Source of the DNA: a virus
Taxonomy: Duplodnaviria; Caudoviricetes
Strand: one strand, 5' to 3'
Virus record (IMG/VR): IMGVR_UViG_3300032247_001903
Coordinates: 1 to 39,231 of that record
DNA: 39,231 nucleotides
Both the position numbers and the translations under genes were made by a program. Positions 8,500-19,612 of the stretch are shown one piece after another (the first letter of the stretch is position 1; each line of letters starts with the position of its first letter). The notes under the pieces were generated by a model. It worked only from the letters and a program-made list of their open reading frames with translations, was not told where the DNA came from and searched no databases.

Positions 8500-9168
8500 A
8501 TGAAGGAACCAAATCGTGTGCGTAAAAATGAAATTAAAGCAGTTAATGCATTGCAATTAAATGAAGAACAAAAAGAAGCAAAACGATTAATAGTAGAAAA
8601 TCAAATAGTAATAGTTACAGGTAGAGCAGGTAGTGGAAAATCATTAGTATGTGCTCAAGCAGCATTAGATTTCCTTAAGAAAAAACAAATAGAATGCATT
8701 TATAATACAAGAGCAGCAATTGAAGTTGGTAAAAGTTTAGGATTTTTACCTGGTGATATTAATGGTAAGTTTGATCCATACATGGAAGCACTGGTTGAAA
8801 ATCTTAACAAATGCTGCTCCAACAAGCACGAAGTTCCAGATTTAATTTCTGAAGGTAAAATTAAAGCAATGCCTGTACAATTTATTCGTGGTAAAACTAT
8901 TGACGATATATTGATTGTAGAAGAGGCACAAAATCTAACTAAAGGTGAAATGTTAGCTATATTAACACGTTTAGGTAAAACTGGTAAAATTGTTATTAAT
9001 GGTGATAATGAACAGACCGATATCAAAACGTCAACGGGTGAAATGAACGGTTTAAGTTACGCTATCGAACTATCTAAAAAAATAGATGAAATTAAGTGGA
9101 TTAAACTAAAAGAAAACCATAGATCTGATTTAGTAGGTAAGATACTTGAATATGAATACGGTAAATAA
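8500..9168 (+). CDS. phoH: PhoH-family ATPase
   Basis: Walker A GRAGSGKS, LGFLPG, FIRGKT, VEEAQN, LTRLG, GDNEQTD and NHRS motifs. Confidence 0.95.
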   Translation: MKEPNRVRKNEIKAVNALQLNEEQKEAKRLIVENQIVIVTGRAGSGKSLVCAQAALDFLKKKQIECIYNTRAAIEVGKSLGFLPGDINGKFDPYMEALVENLNKCCSNKHEVPDLISEGKIKAMPVQFIRGKTIDDILIVEEAQNLTKGEMLAILTRLGKTGKIVINGDNEQTDIKTSTGEMNGLSYAIELSKKIDEIKWIKLKENHRSDLVGKILEYEYGK

Positions 9169-9180
9169 TAAGTATACTAA

Positions 9181-9187
9181 TATTTAT
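9181..9187 (+). promoter_or_regulatory. TATTTAT putative late promoter (neck)
   Basis: Recurrent intergenic motif. Confidence 0.6.
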
Positions 9188-9210
9188 ACGTGTTAAATAC
9201 TACTTAAATA

Positions 9211-10833
9211 ATGGGTGCAAAAGCAATCAATCTAAAAAGACTATGGGATGAATATTACGGTGATACATCGTATTTAAATCCTGTTAAATGTAATACTCCA
9301 TTTGAATATTACACAAATGATCCTGAATTTGTTCGCGACGCTAAAAGCTGTGCTCGTTTTATATCACAGCGTTTAGGCGCTAGTGGATTAGGATTAACTC
9401 AATTAAATATTAGTGATCTTACGGTGTATGCTGCTTTTGAAGAAGCAGTTACTACTTATGGAAATTTAGTTTATCAATATAAAGTTAGAGATAATTATAT
9501 TAATATAGAAGGTTCTGATACAGCACCTTTTAATAACAATACTGTTACTTATGTTAATAGTATAGATATTAATTCCCCAGTAACTTGGTCTGGAGCTAGA
9601 TTAGCAACATATGATGATATTAGTTATGATACTCATTTTTCTCAATCAATTGTTAATAATGATGTTTATGTAATATCAGCTTCAATAGGTGATTTTGTAT
9701 TACCTAATATTGATTATGTTAAATCAATAACATTAGCTACTGAATTTGTAACGGCTAATACAAGTTTAACTGTTGATTTAAGTACATATGTTTATAATCA
9801 ATTAAATAGAACAGGAGGACCAACAAGTGCTTCTATTATTACTTCAGGTAGTAGCTATGTTTATCTTTTTACTACAAGTCCTCAAATAGCAGGGGGAAAT
9901 GCAATATTTGGAACAGGATCTATTCCTACTGTTTATATTCAAGATAGTCTAGAACCAGAATTAAATAATAAGTTAATTACTAATAATCTTGCTACATTAA
10001 CTACTACTATTGCTGATGATTATGCTTCTGAAGCAGGAATAGGAGGTAATTATACTTTATTAACTGGATCTTTAGAAATGAAAAGTGGAATTCAAAATTA
10101 TGATTTAAATGCATGGGCTGCAGATTCTGCTTCTTTAACCCCTGGAGATAGAATTGAAATTAGAAGGATATTTTATGAAGAACCACCAGCAATTGTAAGA
10201 TATTTTGACCCATATGCAGGTACAGGTACTGGTATTCAATCATTACTTGAAACTTTTGGATTTGGTCAATTTTCTCCTGGTATTAACTTCTTATTAATGC
10301 CGATTAACTTTGATGTTCAAAAAATTCAAGCAATTGAATTTAATGATCAAATTAGAAAAGCAGCTTGGTCGTTTAATTTAGTAAATAATCAATTAAAGAT
10401 ATTCCCTATCCCTGATAGAGATAAAAAATTATTTTTTGAATATACTAAAATAACTGATAAGTATACTCCTGTAAGAGATACTAGAACAAACATTGTTACT
10501 GATATAATGAATACTCCTTTTAGAAATCCAATTTATTCTAAAATTAATACTATAGGAAGAACTTGGATATTTAAATATACTTTAGCATTATGTAGAGAAA
10601 TTGAAGCTCATATTCGCATTCAGTTTGCAAATGTTAATGTTCAAGGAGTAGGCTCATTACAAGGATCTGAATTAGTAGCTGATGCTAGAACTGAAAAAGA
10701 AACTCTAATAACAGAATTAAAGGAAATGTTAAATGAGACATCAAGAAAAGGTCAATTAGAACGTAAACAACTTGAAGCTGGCTTTATTCGTGATACTTTA
10801 CAACAAATACCTTTACCAATTTATATATTCTAA
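9211..10833 (+). CDS. Neck / head-tail adaptor protein (gp13-like) with internal insertion
   Basis: Position after the capsid gene; N-terminal FISQRLG...AFEEAV and C-terminal WIFKYTLALCRE...PLPIYIF resemble gp13-type neck proteins; Ser/Thr-rich middle. Confidence 0.7.
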   Translation: MGAKAINLKRLWDEYYGDTSYLNPVKCNTPFEYYTNDPEFVRDAKSCARFISQRLGASGLGLTQLNISDLTVYAAFEEAVTTYGNLVYQYKVRDNYINIEGSDTAPFNNNTVTYVNSIDINSPVTWSGARLATYDDISYDTHFSQSIVNNDVYVISASIGDFVLPNIDYVKSITLATEFVTANTSLTVDLSTYVYNQLNRTGGPTSASIITSGSSYVYLFTTSPQIAGGNAIFGTGSIPTVYIQDSLEPELNNKLITNNLATLTTTIADDYASEAGIGGNYTLLTGSLEMKSGIQNYDLNAWAADSASLTPGDRIEIRRIFYEEPPAIVRYFDPYAGTGTGIQSLLETFGFGQFSPGINFLLMPINFDVQKIQAIEFNDQIRKAAWSFNLVNNQLKIFPIPDRDKKLFFEYTKITDKYTPVRDTRTNIVTDIMNTPFRNPIYSKINTIGRTWIFKYTLALCREIEAHIRIQFANVNVQGVGSLQGSELVADARTEKETLITELKEMLNETSRKGQLERKQLEAGFIRDTLQQIPLPIYIF

Positions 10834-11439
10834 ATGAAACAATTTCTAGGAGTACAGAGATATATTAACTTAGGAGATTGTAATGATGGAAATTTTCCTG
10901 CTACTATTCCTACAGCTTCTGCTACAAAATCTGGTGCTCCTTCAACTCCATCTCAACCACCTACTGTTGGAACTGGAGTTATTGAAAATTTTTATATAGA
11001 TCAAGCAACACAAGCTGCTATTAATTTTTCCAACATGAAAGTTGGATACTTTAAAATAGATTTATATAAAACTAAAGTTAATATGTATGGAGAATCAGTA
11101 GAAAAATGGTATTATCCTCCTGTTGAAGTAAAATGTTTAATTGATAGAGGAGAATTTGCTTATACTGATACTGAATATGGTCCTGATATTAATCAAACTA
11201 TAAAAGTAACTATACCTAGATTAAATCTAGAAACTCTAGATTTTACCCCAGAAGTAGGAGATATAATAACAGATCAAGAAAGATATTATCAAGTAAACAC
11301 AGTAGATAGATCATTTATAACAATACCTGGAGCTGGGGATGCAGGAGCATCTTTAGGAACACCTGGACAAATTATATTATTTACCTTGAACGCTTATCTA
11401 ACAAGAACAACAACTCTTAATTTAATTAAGTATAGCTAA
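10834..11439 (+). CDS. Neck / head-closure protein (gp14-like)
   Basis: Follows the gp13-like gene; NMYGES and PEVGDII...YYQV motifs. Confidence 0.65.
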   Translation: MKQFLGVQRYINLGDCNDGNFPATIPTASATKSGAPSTPSQPPTVGTGVIENFYIDQATQAAINFSNMKVGYFKIDLYKTKVNMYGESVEKWYYPPVEVKCLIDRGEFAYTDTEYGPDINQTIKVTIPRLNLETLDFTPEVGDIITDQERYYQVNTVDRSFITIPGAGDAGASLGTPGQIILFTLNAYLTRTTTLNLIKYS

Positions 11440-11780
11440 TGGGATTATTAGGAAAAATATTATTAAACGAAGGTATAACAATTTTTAGATGTGATATTCT
11501 AATTAAAACAAAAGCTGACCAAAATAAAGTTGAAATTTATAATGAAATTAGAGCTTTAAAGGGTGTAGTTGTTGTTACTATTGAACAAAGTGATTTTTTA
11601 AATGCTAAAGCAACTAAAGATTATGAATATTCTTTACTTAAAATAAAATATATTGGTAGAGGAGATGCAAAATCTTCAATTAAAGAAATTGGTATTGATG
11701 CTGTAACTAAAAATAGAGTTCCTGGTTTATTACAATTTATACCTCGTTATAATACAATCACTAAAGTAGGATCATATTAA
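11439..11780 (+). CDS. Hypothetical protein
   Basis: 113 aa, coupled by TAATG; N-terminus MGLLGKILLNE. Confidence 0.7.
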   Translation: MGLLGKILLNEGITIFRCDILIKTKADQNKVEIYNEIRALKGVVVVTIEQSDFLNAKATKDYEYSLLKIKYIGRGDAKSSIKEIGIDAVTKNRVPGLLQFIPRYNTITKVGSY

Positions 11781-11790
11781 AATATATAAA

Positions 11791-12174
11791 ATGAAATTAT
11801 TAGACATTATAAAAGAATTAGAAAAACCTAAAAAAATATACGCTGATAAACCTACAAATAGGAAACTTACTATTGCTGATTTGTCTCCTGAAGAAAAAGA
11901 AGATTTGTTTAGACAAGGATCATTAGCAGTACCAATGCCTCCTGACCCTAACCGTCCAGAAACTAGTGTGTCTCATGTAATTAATTTGCCTAAAATAGAT
12001 CAAGTTAAAAGAGATATTATTAATAATAAAAAAGAATTTGATATTTTTACTTTTTCATCTAATCCTGATATTAAAGAAGTAGCTAAAAAAATAAATAAAC
12101 TGCATAATGAATTATTTAGAGCAATGGATGCTTTAAATAAATTATTAGAACTTCAAAAACAAGGTAGAATATAA
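11791..12174 (+). CDS. Hypothetical protein
   Basis: 127 aa; N-terminus MKLLDIIKELE; C-terminal helix. Confidence 0.7.
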   Translation: MKLLDIIKELEKPKKIYADKPTNRKLTIADLSPEEKEDLFRQGSLAVPMPPDPNRPETSVSHVINLPKIDQVKRDIINNKKEFDIFTFSSNPDIKEVAKKINKLHNELFRAMDALNKLLELQKQGRI

Positions 12175-13022
12175 TGAGTGATAGAAAACCAATACCAAAA
12201 AACCAATCCGAAATAGTACAAGATACTATTACTCCTTATCTCAACTCAGGTAAACCTTTTAGTCAAAACGTATTTACTCATAGAGATAATAGAGGAAATA
12301 ATACTTCTCGTAAACAGGATAATATAAAAGATTTTTCTATTGGTTTAGAGGATATTGATTATGCTATTAAATATTATTTTGAAACCGGTATTTTACCAAC
12401 AGTAGTACAAGATGGAAATGTAATACCTGTTCCTATTATGTATGGTTCTCCTGAGCGTTGGAAATCAGTTCAAGCAAATGGATATTATAGAGATACTAAT
12501 GGTAAAATAGTAGTTCCTCTTATAATGTACAAAAGAACTAATATTGAAAAAAATAGGTATTTAGGTAATAAAATAGATGGTAATTTAGCTGCTTTATTTC
12601 AAACATTTGAAACAAGATATAACCAACAAAACCAATATGATAAATTTTCTATTTTAAATAATAGAATTCCATCAAAACAATATTATGTTTCTGTAGTACC
12701 AGACTATGTTACTATAACATATGAATGTATTATATTTACCAATTTTGTAGAACAAAACAACAGTATAATTGAATCAATAGAATTTGCTGCTGATTCATAC
12801 TGGGGAGATAAAAGTAGATATCAATTTAGAACATCAATTGATAGCTTTGCTACAACTAATATTATTAATACTGGTGAAGATAGAGTAGCAACTACTAATG
12901 TTAATTTAAAAGTAAATGGATATTTACTCCCAAATACAATTAACCAACATTTATCAGATACTAATTTACATTATTCTCCATCACAAGTTATATTTACATT
13001 TGAAACAACAGGTAGTTTATAA
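12174..13022 (+). CDS. Tail completion / sheath terminator protein (gp15-like)
   Basis: VPIMYGSPERW and VPDYVTITY motifs, plus position after the neck genes. Confidence 0.7.
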   Translation: MSDRKPIPKNQSEIVQDTITPYLNSGKPFSQNVFTHRDNRGNNTSRKQDNIKDFSIGLEDIDYAIKYYFETGILPTVVQDGNVIPVPIMYGSPERWKSVQANGYYRDTNGKIVVPLIMYKRTNIEKNRYLGNKIDGNLAALFQTFETRYNQQNQYDKFSILNNRIPSKQYYVSVVPDYVTITYECIIFTNFVEQNNSIIESIEFAADSYWGDKSRYQFRTSIDSFATTNIINTGEDRVATTNVNLKVNGYLLPNTINQHLSDTNLHYSPSQVIFTFETTGSL

Positions 13023-13053
13023 TCCTAATAAATCCCGTTTTGATTCATTCTAA

Positions 13054-13060
13054 TATTTAT
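13054..13060 (+). promoter_or_regulatory. TATTTAT putative late promoter (fibres)
   Basis: Recurrent intergenic motif; CGTTT lies upstream. Confidence 0.6.
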
Positions 13061-13083
13061 ATTGGATATAATAAATTTAATTA

Positions 13084-15465
13084 ATGGGAATTACTATAAA
13101 TATACCTAGACAGGGCGGAAATGCAGATTTTGGTACTTTACACGTATCACTTGAAGAAAGTTCTTCTCTAACTAGATATATAGTAGCAGATGATAACGGT
13201 AAATTTTACTATTCTACAGCAAGTACTGGTGGAGGTGCTGGAAGTGGTAGTGTAACAAATGTATCTGTAGTAACAGCAAATGGATTTGCAGGAACAGTAA
13301 CTAATCCTACAATAACTCCTGCAATTACAATAAAAACTACAGTTTCAGGTCTTATTAAAGGTGATGGAACTGCAATATCAACTGCTACTGCAGGAACTGA
13401 TTATATATCATCAACAGTAGGTACTGCTTCTTGGGCACAAAAAGCATTAACTGCTTCTTATTTTAGTGGTAGTGGTCTTATTAGTACTTCCTCTTATGCC
13501 TTAAGTGCATCATATGCTTTAAGTGCATCTTATGCCTTTACTTCATCGTATACTATAACTTCATCATATGCTCAAAATGCTACTTCAGGAGCATATGCTT
13601 TAACAGCATCTTATGCTTTAAATGCTGCTGGTAGTTCAGGAGGAGCTTCTTATACTTATACTCAATCAACTCCTTCTACAACTTGGACTATTACTCATAA
13701 TTTAAATAATTTATATCCCGCAATTACTATATATGATGGAAATGGATTTGTAATAATTCCTCAAAATATTCAATCTTCTACTTTAAATCAAACAATAGTA
13801 ACATTTTCATATCCTGCTGTTGGATATGCTACTTTAGTAATACAGGGAGTTACTAATCTTAGTTCATCATATGCAACAACATCATCTCTTGCTTTTAATG
13901 CATTATCTTTAGCTCCAATCCCAATAGCTTTAACTTCAAGTTTTGTATCTGCAAGTAATAATTTTTATGCTTTAACAGAAAATAGACTTTTAGTAGATTG
14001 TTCTACTGGTACTTTTTTTACATGGACTGCTTCCTTTAATACTCAAAGCTATTATTATTCTTCTAGTTTTATTACATCATCAGTAACTTCTTCTAGTGTA
14101 GGAACTGCAATAACTCTTACTTTACCTTCTGGAGGCATAAAAGGAGATATCTACTTAGCAGGAATAGGATCTCGTACAGGAATTCCTGATGTTTTTCCTG
14201 GATGGACACTTATAGATACTACAACTAGTGGTAATACTAATGCTACAACAATGTATTTAGTACAAACTAGTAGTGTTGTTCCTAATAATCCAACAGTAAC
14301 AAGCGCAACTGCTCAAACTGTTGCTTTTGCAATGTTAATTAGAAATGCTAATACTTCCTCTTTTACATTTACAACTAGCTCAGCATTATCTGGTAATGGA
14401 ATGCCTAACTTTACAGCTATCACTTCTTCAGCTGCTAATACCTTAGTAGTTGGTATGGGATATATAAACTCATCTTTAACTAATATTTCTGCACCTACTG
14501 GCAGTGGAGGTGGATTTACTTTAAGAGTCTCAAGTAGTGTTGGAACTACAACAACATCAGTTATGTCTGCAATGGCTGCTTCAAAAATAACAGGATCAAC
14601 TATAGTAAATCCTGGAAAATTTCAAGGTGGTATAGGGGCAGGAGCTTCTGGATCTTGGGTATCAGTAACTGTAGCTTTTTCTTCATTGTCTGGAAGTATA
14701 TCTCTTCCTAAAGCTGTTGCTTTTACTAATATCCCTACAGGACAGTCATATGAAATGACTCATTTGGTGTATACTAAAGATACAGGTAGTCCGGTATGGA
14801 CAAGTTTACTTAATTCGTATAATGTAACTTGGCCTTATAACATAATTCCTTCTGCTTCTTTAAGTCAAAGTTCCTTATATAAATTAATAACAATAGATGG
14901 AGGAAATAACATATATGGACAAAATTTAACAGAGGATTCTTCATCATTTATAGCTTCTTCTTCCTATTCTATAACATCCTCATATGCATTAACATCCTCA
15001 TACGCATTAACAGCATCATATGTTGATACAGCTTTGACATCTAGTACTACTAATATTGTAGGAGGAGCAAATGGAGCTTATATTGCAACTTCACAAGGTA
15101 CTTCAAATACTGCATATACTGATTTATCCACTGTTGGCCCAACAGCTTCTGTTATAATTGGCTCTTCAGGAAGAGCTATAGTAACTTTATCAGCAGGATT
15201 TTCAACATCTACAAATGGTGGTGGTGGTTACATGAGTTTTTCAGCTTCAGGAATAGCAGCATCAGATGCATATGCAGTTGGTATCCCATCAGGTAGTATA
15301 GGTGGTGGATTTACTCCTCCAATAACTCGAATAGGTGCAACCTTTTTTATAACTGGTGGTCTTACCCCAGGTCCTCTTACATTTTTTGCTAAGTATAAAA
15401 ATAATGGATCATTTTTAACAACAGCAAATTTTGTAGACAGATATATTACAATAATACCTATATAA
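13084..15465 (+). CDS. Fibre-like structural protein
   Basis: 793 aa, Ser/Thr/Gly-rich, with tandem S(A/S)SYAL(T/S) repeats and a TWTITHNL small beta domain; mosaic architecture. Confidence 0.75.
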   Translation: MGITINIPRQGGNADFGTLHVSLEESSSLTRYIVADDNGKFYYSTASTGGGAGSGSVTNVSVVTANGFAGTVTNPTITPAITIKTTVSGLIKGDGTAISTATAGTDYISSTVGTASWAQKALTASYFSGSGLISTSSYALSASYALSASYAFTSSYTITSSYAQNATSGAYALTASYALNAAGSSGGASYTYTQSTPSTTWTITHNLNNLYPAITIYDGNGFVIIPQNIQSSTLNQTIVTFSYPAVGYATLVIQGVTNLSSSYATTSSLAFNALSLAPIPIALTSSFVSASNNFYALTENRLLVDCSTGTFFTWTASFNTQSYYYSSSFITSSVTSSSVGTAITLTLPSGGIKGDIYLAGIGSRTGIPDVFPGWTLIDTTTSGNTNATTMYLVQTSSVVPNNPTVTSATAQTVAFAMLIRNANTSSFTFTTSSALSGNGMPNFTAITSSAANTLVVGMGYINSSLTNISAPTGSGGGFTLRVSSSVGTTTTSVMSAMAASKITGSTIVNPGKFQGGIGAGASGSWVSVTVAFSSLSGSISLPKAVAFTNIPTGQSYEMTHLVYTKDTGSPVWTSLLNSYNVTWPYNIIPSASLSQSSLYKLITIDGGNNIYGQNLTEDSSSFIASSSYSITSSYALTSSYALTASYVDTALTSSTTNIVGGANGAYIATSQGTSNTAYTDLSTVGPTASVIIGSSGRAIVTLSAGFSTSTNGGGGYMSFSASGIAASDAYAVGIPSGSIGGGFTPPITRIGATFFITGGLTPGPLTFFAKYKNNGSFLTTANFVDRYITIIPI

Positions 15466-15493
15466 AATGAAATTTATTTAATATATATAATAG

Positions 15494-18400
15494 ATGATAA
15501 TAGATAGTGGCATAGCAACAAGTTCATTTTTTGTTAGTGGAACATTAACAGTAACTGATGGAATTACAGGTTCTCTGTTTGGGACTTCATCTTATGCTTT
15601 AACTGCTTCTTATACAACAACAGCATCTTATGTGTTACAAGCAGTATCTGCTTCATTTGCTACTTTAGCTCAAACAGCTAATACTGCTTCTTATGTATTA
15701 CAAGCTGTTAGTTCATCATATGCTTCAAGTTCTACTTCTGCTTCATACGCATTAAGTGCATCTCAAGCTGCTAACTCTACATTATTAAATAGTACTAGTT
15801 CAACTGTATTTGCAACTACAGGTTCAAACATATTTAGAGGAAATCAAACAGTAACTGGTAGCTTATTTACTAGTGGATCTAATACATTAATAGGAAGTAC
15901 TACATTAACAGGTAGTTTATTAATATCAGGGTCTACTACACAAATAGGAAGTAATACATTACAAGGAAATACAACATTGTCTGGAAGTATTATAATATCA
16001 GGATCAAGTGGCCCTGGAAATATAACATCATCTGTACAGGTATATGGTAATATAGAAACAAATGGCTATATTCGTTTTGATCCTGTATCAACAAATATAG
16101 ACAATTCAGTATCCGCTTCTTACATTTATGTAAGTGGATCTACAAATGATTTACATTTTTCACAAAACGGATCAGGATATACTAATACAACTCGTTTACG
16201 TTGGTTAGAAGGTAATTTATACACAGGTGTATTATCTGGTGGAGTATTAAGCTCCACCCCAGGATCAACAACATTTAATTTATCTTCAGGAAGTGCTATT
16301 ATAGTAAGTTTAAATGCATCAACAGGTAGTACAGATCCATTCCCAATAATACAATATGTTAAATGGGGTAATTACCTAAACCAACCTATTCTATATTCAG
16401 GTTCAGCTAAAATTACTTATATTAGTTTAACTAATGCTGGTGCTATTAACCAACAAACAGTTCCCATTGGCAGCACAGATGTTACTCAATGGGATACTCA
16501 AGTTGAAATAGGTATTGTATTACATTTGTCTGGTAGTGTGTCTACAGGTGTCTATAATGCACCTCAATTAGCATATGGGTTTGCTCAAAGAACAGATGAT
16601 TTTCTTCGTGCTTTTGGACCATTAAAAATATCAGGCCATACATTACAAGCTAGTGGTAGTTCACCAACATTAAGTATTAAAAAATCAAGCGGTACTGCTT
16701 ACAATAATGGATCTAACTATGTTAATAATCCAAATCATCCATCATTAACATCTGATCCTGATATTAATATATCTAAAATTTATCGTTATTATATTTCTGG
16801 ATCTACTCCTATAATTGACACTGGTATTGCAAATGCTGGATATACAGCAATTGATAGTAAACAATATGTTGACACAACAACAGGAACTTTAACTGCAGTA
16901 GGTGCGGGTTTTTTTAGTATTCAAAGAGTTTTTTGGATTCCAAATTCACCAACAAATGCCTTTATTGTTTATTATGGTAATGCTAGATACGGTAATTTAG
17001 TAGATGCAAAAAATGGTATTGATACTGAAACTTTTTTAGAAGCTCCTAATACTGCTCAAAACGGAATATTATTAGGGTATATTATTATTCAAGGTGGAGG
17101 AGCAGGAACCCCAGCGCGTGACTTATTAAACGCTAGTGAAGCCGCTATTATTCAAGCTGGATTATTTAGAAATGTAGGAGGAATAGGGTCATCAGGTACC
17201 GCTCCTATAGCCAGTACATTAGCTGGACTTGCAGATGTATCCATTGCTAGTAGAACATCTGGTGATTTATTAGTTTATAATGGAGCTCTATGGGTTAATA
17301 ATAAAACATTAAATGGTAATTACAGCATTACAGGATCTTTAACTTCAACCTCAATAATTTCTGCTTCTGCTTTTAGTGGTTCCTTTTTTGGAACATCAAG
17401 TTGGGCTCAAAATGCTGTAACAGCATCTTATATATTAAATGCTATTTCTTCATCTTATGCTTCTAGTTCTACAAGTGCTTCATTTGCATCTACTGCTGCT
17501 TTAGCCCCCTTATATGTTCTTACATCAGCAACATCTTCAATGTTATCTCCGTATGTACTTAATTCACAGACCTCCTCAATGTCTGTATTAAGTGCTAGCT
17601 ATGCCTCAGGTTCAACTAGTGCTTCCTTTGCTTCTACAACATCTTTTGCACCTTTATATGTACTTAATAGTATAACTGCCTCAATGTTATCACCGTATGT
17701 GCTTACATCACAAACGTCTTCAATGACGGTATTAAGTGCATCTTATGCTAGTGGCTCTACAAGTGCTTCATTTTCTTTAACTGCTTCAAGTGCAGATAAT
17801 TTCTTAGTAAGAAACACTCTTACAGCACAAACATTAGTTGTACAAACTATTACTTCCTCTACTGATTATGTAACAGGATCAACTAGATTTGGTAGTTTAA
17901 GTTCTAATACTCATGTATTTACTGGATCAATGAGTATAAGTGGTAGTATAACAGTTAGTGGAAGTATAATAAATAATTTAACAGCATCTAATGCATCAAA
18001 TGCTATAACATCATCTTATGCTTCTGCCTCTACAAGTGCATCTTATGCTTCTGCTTCTACAAGCGCATCGTTTGCAACTCAAGCAGCTAATGCAACAACA
18101 GCATCATATATTCTTTTAGCCGTATCTGCATCATATGCTTCTGCTTCTACTAGTGCATCATATGCTTCTGGCTCAACAAGTGCATCATTTGCTAGTACAG
18201 CTTCATATATTCTTGGCGGCGGTGGATCAGGAACTCCTGGTGGTTCAAATACACAAATACAATATAATAATAGTAATACTTTTGGAGGTGTACCTACATT
18301 AACATATGATGGAACAACTTTAAGAGCTACAGGATCTTTTACAGGATCTTTTACAGGATCTTTATTTGGAACCGCTTCTTATATAACATCATCTAATGTT

Positions 18401-18862
18401 TATGGACCTTATAATGCTAATAGTATATTAAGTGCTTCTTATGCCTCAGGATCAACTAGTGCTTCATTTGCAACTTCATCATCAATAGCATCAACTTCAT
18501 CATATGGAAATGCTACATCAACTGTAGGTTATACTATAGGTGGTTCTCAAATATATTATGCTTCTATTTTATCATCTACTTCTCCATCATCAGCAAACGT
18601 ATTTACTAACAATACAGGTTCTTTTGTTTCTGCTTTTTATAATTATACTTTATATAGCGGTTCAAATGCAAGATCAGGACAAATATCAGCTGTATGGTCA
18701 GGAAATGCTATATCATATAATGATTATTCAACTACAGATATAGGAAATACTTCAACAGTAACGGCTTCTATAGTAATAGTAACAGGTCAAGTACAACTCA
18801 ATTTTCAAGTTCCATCTTCAGTAGCAGGTTGGAATATAAAAGCAACTGCTACATATATCTGA
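15494..18862 (+). CDS. Long fibre-like structural protein
   Basis: 1122 aa with ASYA and [ST]GS repeats, TLAGLADVSI and QIQYN fibre modules, and an internal 48-aa duplication. Confidence 0.8.
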   Translation: MIIDSGIATSSFFVSGTLTVTDGITGSLFGTSSYALTASYTTTASYVLQAVSASFATLAQTANTASYVLQAVSSSYASSSTSASYALSASQAANSTLLNSTSSTVFATTGSNIFRGNQTVTGSLFTSGSNTLIGSTTLTGSLLISGSTTQIGSNTLQGNTTLSGSIIISGSSGPGNITSSVQVYGNIETNGYIRFDPVSTNIDNSVSASYIYVSGSTNDLHFSQNGSGYTNTTRLRWLEGNLYTGVLSGGVLSSTPGSTTFNLSSGSAIIVSLNASTGSTDPFPIIQYVKWGNYLNQPILYSGSAKITYISLTNAGAINQQTVPIGSTDVTQWDTQVEIGIVLHLSGSVSTGVYNAPQLAYGFAQRTDDFLRAFGPLKISGHTLQASGSSPTLSIKKSSGTAYNNGSNYVNNPNHPSLTSDPDINISKIYRYYISGSTPIIDTGIANAGYTAIDSKQYVDTTTGTLTAVGAGFFSIQRVFWIPNSPTNAFIVYYGNARYGNLVDAKNGIDTETFLEAPNTAQNGILLGYIIIQGGGAGTPARDLLNASEAAIIQAGLFRNVGGIGSSGTAPIASTLAGLADVSIASRTSGDLLVYNGALWVNNKTLNGNYSITGSLTSTSIISASAFSGSFFGTSSWAQNAVTASYILNAISSSYASSSTSASFASTAALAPLYVLTSATSSMLSPYVLNSQTSSMSVLSASYASGSTSASFASTTSFAPLYVLNSITASMLSPYVLTSQTSSMTVLSASYASGSTSASFSLTASSADNFLVRNTLTAQTLVVQTITSSTDYVTGSTRFGSLSSNTHVFTGSMSISGSITVSGSIINNLTASNASNAITSSYASASTSASYASASTSASFATQAANATTASYILLAVSASYASASTSASYASGSTSASFASTASYILGGGGSGTPGGSNTQIQYNNSNTFGGVPTLTYDGTTLRATGSFTGSFTGSLFGTASYITSSNVYGPYNANSILSASYASGSTSASFATSSSIASTSSYGNATSTVGYTIGGSQIYYASILSSTSPSSANVFTNNTGSFVSAFYNYTLYSGSNARSGQISAVWSGNAISYNDYSTTDIGNTSTVTASIVIVTGQVQLNFQVPSSVAGWNIKATATYI
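17474..17761 (+). repeat. Two tandem 144-nt (48-aa) in-frame repeats in fibre gene
   Basis: SASFAST..APLYVL.S.T.SMLSPYVL.SQTSSM.VLSASYASGST units start at 17474 and 17618; a third partial unit starts at 17762. Confidence 0.85.
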
Positions 18863-18902
18863 TAACAGAATACAATCTACCCCAAGGAACATAAATTTTA
18901 TA

Positions 18903-18909
18903 TATTTAT
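18903..18909 (+). promoter_or_regulatory. TATTTAT putative late promoter (homing endonuclease)
   Basis: 4 nt before the ATG. Confidence 0.55.
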
Positions 18910-18913
18910 TATT

Positions 18914-19612
18914 ATGGCAGTAGTATATAAACATTTACACGAAAACGGAACTGTATTTTATATTGGAATAGGCAGACATAAAAAACGAGCATATACTACA
19001 GATAGAAGATCTCCAATATGGAAATATGCTGTTAATAAGTATGGTTTAAAAATAGAAGTACTTTATGAAAATATATCTTGGGAAGAAGCATGTAAAATAG
19101 AACAAGAATTAATTAAGCAATACGGTCGTAAAGCATTTAATGAAGGTACATTAGTTAATTTAACTAAAGGAGGTGATGGGAGATTAGGTCTTAAAGCTAG
19201 TGAAGAAACAAAAAGAAAAATGAGTGAATCCCATAAAGGATTAAATACATGGTCTAAAGGTAGAAAAATGTCTGAAGAACAAAAACAAAATAATAAAAAC
19301 TTTGGATTTCTTAATAAAGGTAAGCCCAAATCAGAAGAACATAAACAGAAATTAAGTAAAGCTTTAAAAGGTAGAAAGCCAAATTATTTAGGATGTAAAC
19401 ATACAGAAGAACAAAGAAAAAAAATAAGTAATTCTAAAAAAGGAGAAAAACATCCTTTATTTGGAAAACAACATAAAGATGAAACAAAACAAAAAATGCG
19501 AGAAGCAGCATTAAACATGCCTAAAATAATATGCCCCCATTGTAATACTATTGGTACACCTAGTAGTATAGCAAGATGGCATCTTAATAATTGTAAAAAC
19601 AAAAATATATGA
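18914..19612 (+). mobile_element. Free-standing GIY-YIG homing endonuclease with NUMOD3-type repeats
   Basis: VVY...FYIGIG..KRA, E..LIK.YG, NLTKGGDG; repeated (H/K)SEE(T/H/Q)K.K(M/L/I)S helices; C-terminal CPHC...RWH..NC. Confidence 0.88.

Noticed and set aside
18863-19612. Group I intron housing the endonuclease
   Set aside because: The flanking genes appear complete and the non-coding flanks are too short (about 50 nt and 0 nt) for a ribozyme core.
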